This document shows positions 60,372 to 62,627 of a stretch of 62,627 bases of DNA, one piece after another (the first letter of the stretch is position 1; each line of letters opens with the position of its first letter). The position numbers and the translations under genes are program-made. A model generated the notes under the pieces. It was given only the letters and a program-made list of their open reading frames with translations, was not told the origin of the DNA and did not search any database. The stretch is from a virus (taxonomy: Duplodnaviria > Caudoviricetes), in IMG/VR virus record IMGVR_UViG_3300030620_000006, positions 1 to 62,627 of that record. The stretch is one strand, 5' to 3'.

Positions 60372-62319
60372 CAAATCAGAGATCGCGGCCGCATGGCTGT
60401 TCGGCTACATCCCGGCCGAGATCCGAGAGGACATCGAGACCAAGCACCCCGACCTCCACCTGGTCGGATTCAAGCGGGGATCGAGCGTCAACCTGCCGGA
60501 CCAGGACCCGCGAGACCGCTTCGTAGCGATCCCGGAACTGTGGGGCTGGGGCGTGCTGCGCGATGGTCCGCCGAAGCGGAGACGCCGGGTGTTTGCGCTG
60601 CGCCCGGCAACCGCCGCCCTCCTGCTCGCCCTGCTGGCCGCCCCCGCCGCGGCGCAGTCGGCCCTCGAGGCGGCCGAGACCTTCTCGGTCGCCACGCCCG
60701 GCATGAGCACCTGGTGGTGCTCGGACCGGATCTGTTCCGGGACTGGCACATCGCGGATCAGCCGCGCGGTGCCGCAGTCGCCTCCGGACCCGTGGGCGGG
60801 CGGCGGACGCTTCACCCCGACCAGCCCGGCGAGCCTCGCCGCGTGGCGGGCTCGCTACAGCTACCCGTTCGTGGTGCCGGGCTCCTACGTGGGCGCCTGG
60901 TGCGGGCAGCACAGCGTCTGCGACGCGATCCTCGCCGAGTGGCTGTCCCGCTTCGGCTCGCGCACGTGGACCGCCGGCGGGGCGTGCCTGGAGGCCGGCG
61001 ACCTCGGCCGCGCTGCCTGCGACGCGATCCACACGGGCGGGGCGACGCTGGGGTGCACGATGCTGCCGTGCGGGGTCGTGAGCTGCCCGTCCTCGACGCG
61101 GACCTGCTCGATCGGTGGCACCTGTGGCAGCGGGTGGCGCTGCACACCCCTGCTCGAGCTGCCCGAGGGCGAGCGCATTGGGGCAGTGACTCCGCAGGGC
61201 CGGACCGTGCGCGCTCGGCGGGACACCACCTCGGGAAGCTCGGACGCCTGCTCGTTCTTCGCGGTCGCTCAGGGCGTGCTGTGGGTGCGCCAGTTCTCCC
61301 CCTGCTTCGCCGGCATGCCGGCGGACTGCCAGACGGCGGCAAGCCTCCGGCCGGAGTGCTGGGCGCCACCCCAACCCCCGGTCTGCGGCGACGGCACCTG
61401 CGATCCGGGCGAGGTATGCCCGGAGGACTGCGAGCCTGACCCGCCGGAGTGCCCGCCGCCCGACCCCTGTCCCGATCCCGTACCGGTGCGAGCCCTCATC
61501 GAGGTCGACGGCTGCGGCCCGCTAGGCGGACGCGTCGTCACGGACGCCGGGAGCATCCCGTTTCGCCCCGGCATCCGCTCGACAGGCGAACTGGTGATGG
61601 AGCTGCGAGAGCGGCCTCCGTGCCCACCCTTGCCGGTCTGCCCCGATCCCGATCCCTGCGACGATCCAGACGATCCAGAGCCGCCGCCCCCGACCGGCTG
61701 GGAGCTGCTACACCAGGCCCCCGCCGGGTGGACGTGGACGGCGGGCAGCGTCCCGCCGGCGCAGATCCTCGACATCCGGGTGCCGAGTCGAGGCGCCTAC
61801 TCGGCCGTGCGGCTGACCTACCAGGTAGCCGTCGACTGGAGCCGCTGCCGCGAGCTGCCGGGGCCGTCGCCGAGCGCGAAGTGCCTGGGGGTCTACCTCA
61901 CCAGGGAGGGTCGCGCCGACCAGGTGCTCAGCTACCTGATGGCCGTCGCCGAGTACCGCGCATCGGGCGGCCGTCTCACGCTCGAACCCTCGAAGCTCAC
62001 CCACCGGCACGGCTGGGTGCCGGGATGGTCGCCGACTCAGAAGCCCCGGGCCGGCGCGCCTGTCCGTCTGCTCGACGGCGAGACCTACACCATCGAGCAT
62101 GAGGTGGTCGACGGGAAGGTGACGGTCTCGGTCACCGGACAGGCTGTGGCGGCCGTGCTACGGGCGCCGGACACATGCACCCCCGCACCCTGCTTCCCCG
62201 CTCTCTTCCCGGCGGGCGCCCTGGTGCTCCGCGCTGGCTGGCGGGGGGATGAGCCGGATGAGGTGGGCGGGACGATGGGCTGGGTACTGTCGGGTCTGCG
62301 ACTGGAGGTACGGCGGTGA
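60361..62319 (+). CDS. Large Cys/Pro-rich, probably exported protein
   Basis: Signal-like ATAALLLALLAAPAAA-Q near residue 83-99; VCGDGTCDPGEVCPEDC; beta-rich C-terminus; start uncertain. Confidence 0.7.
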   Translation: MMNSKSEIAAAWLFGYIPAEIREDIETKHPDLHLVGFKRGSSVNLPDQDPRDRFVAIPELWGWGVLRDGPPKRRRRVFALRPATAALLLALLAAPAAAQSALEAAETFSVATPGMSTWWCSDRICSGTGTSRISRAVPQSPPDPWAGGGRFTPTSPASLAAWRARYSYPFVVPGSYVGAWCGQHSVCDAILAEWLSRFGSRTWTAGGACLEAGDLGRAACDAIHTGGATLGCTMLPCGVVSCPSSTRTCSIGGTCGSGWRCTPLLELPEGERIGAVTPQGRTVRARRDTTSGSSDACSFFAVAQGVLWVRQFSPCFAGMPADCQTAASLRPECWAPPQPPVCGDGTCDPGEVCPEDCEPDPPECPPPDPCPDPVPVRALIEVDGCGPLGGRVVTDAGSIPFRPGIRSTGELVMELRERPPCPPLPVCPDPDPCDDPDDPEPPPPTGWELLHQAPAGWTWTAGSVPPAQILDIRVPSRGAYSAVRLTYQVAVDWSRCRELPGPSPSAKCLGVYLTREGRADQVLSYLMAVAEYRASGGRLTLEPSKLTHRHGWVPGWSPTQKPRAGAPVRLLDGETYTIEHEVVDGKVTVSVTGQAVAAVLRAPDTCTPAPCFPALFPAGALVLRAGWRGDEPDEVGGTMGWVLSGLRLEVRR

Positions 62320-62447
62320 GCGACGGCAACCCGGTCCTGGACTGGTTCGCGCTCGTCATCTACGCAGGCGTCGCCGGGTGCCTGCTGTCGGGCGCGGTCG
62401 AGGCGATCGCCGCGGTCTGGCCCCGGCGGAGAGGAGCGGCGAGATGA
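62316..62447 (+). CDS. Small membrane protein
   Basis: MSDGNPVLDWFALVIYAGVAGCLLSG...; GTGA and ATGA overlaps. Confidence 0.5.
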   Translation: MSDGNPVLDWFALVIYAGVAGCLLSGAVEAIAAVWPRRRGAAR

Positions 62448-62627
62448 GCGCGGCCTCCGATGTCCGCCGCCAGCGCGAAGCGATCATCGCCCGGCAGGTC
62501 GCCGCCGCCGAGTCCGCGGCGGACGGGCTGAACGAATCGCCAGAGATGCCCGCCCCTGCCCCGCCCGAGCACTGGCAGGAGGCGGTGGAGCAGGCGCTAG
62601 AAGAAGCATACCCTTGCGCGGTGGCGT
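62443..62627 (+). repeat. Terminal direct repeat, right copy
   Basis: Matches 1-185 with 3 mismatches. Confidence 0.95.

Larger units (their letters stand above)
1..62627. mobile_element. Temperate tailed phage genome, circularly permuted and probably complete
   Basis: Terminase, portal, capsid, tail tube, tape measure, endolysin, serine recombinase, Cro/CI switch and replication genes are all present; the ends overlap by 185 bp. Confidence 0.95.

Noticed and set aside
1-62627. tRNA, rRNA or tmRNA genes
   Set aside because: None recognised by eye; a tRNAscan or Infernal run would be needed to exclude them

Overview
The window is an apparently complete, circularly permuted, GC-rich temperate tailed-phage genome of about 62.4 kb. 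Positions 1-185 recur at 62443-62627 with 3 mismatches. A leftward early arm (~849-21921) encodes a RuvC-like resolvase, an SNF2-helicase/DNA-methyltransferase fusion, two ParB-like proteins, a large serine recombinase, DnaB, a DUF1376-type initiator, RecT/YqaJ and Lar. A divergent Cro/CI-like switch with three operators sits at ~21.9-22.0 kb. A rightward arm carries the terminase, Mu-like head genes, a tail tube and tape measure protein (no sheath seen, so probably a siphovirus), a muramidase endolysin and many envelope-targeted accessory genes. The most striking element is a lone RAMP/Cas7-like gene (5949-6503) followed directly by a non-coding array of 42 pentamers (GGC-NN consensus) in four blocks, then a ParB-like gene. 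This is a candidate non-CRISPR RNA-guided system. Other standouts are a portal protein fused to an NrS-1-like primase-polymerase domain, a TPR protein plus a small exported peptide beside the repressor (arbitrium-like candidate), and four tail-module proteins with Sec-type signal peptides. All calls come from reading motifs by eye; no searches were run.
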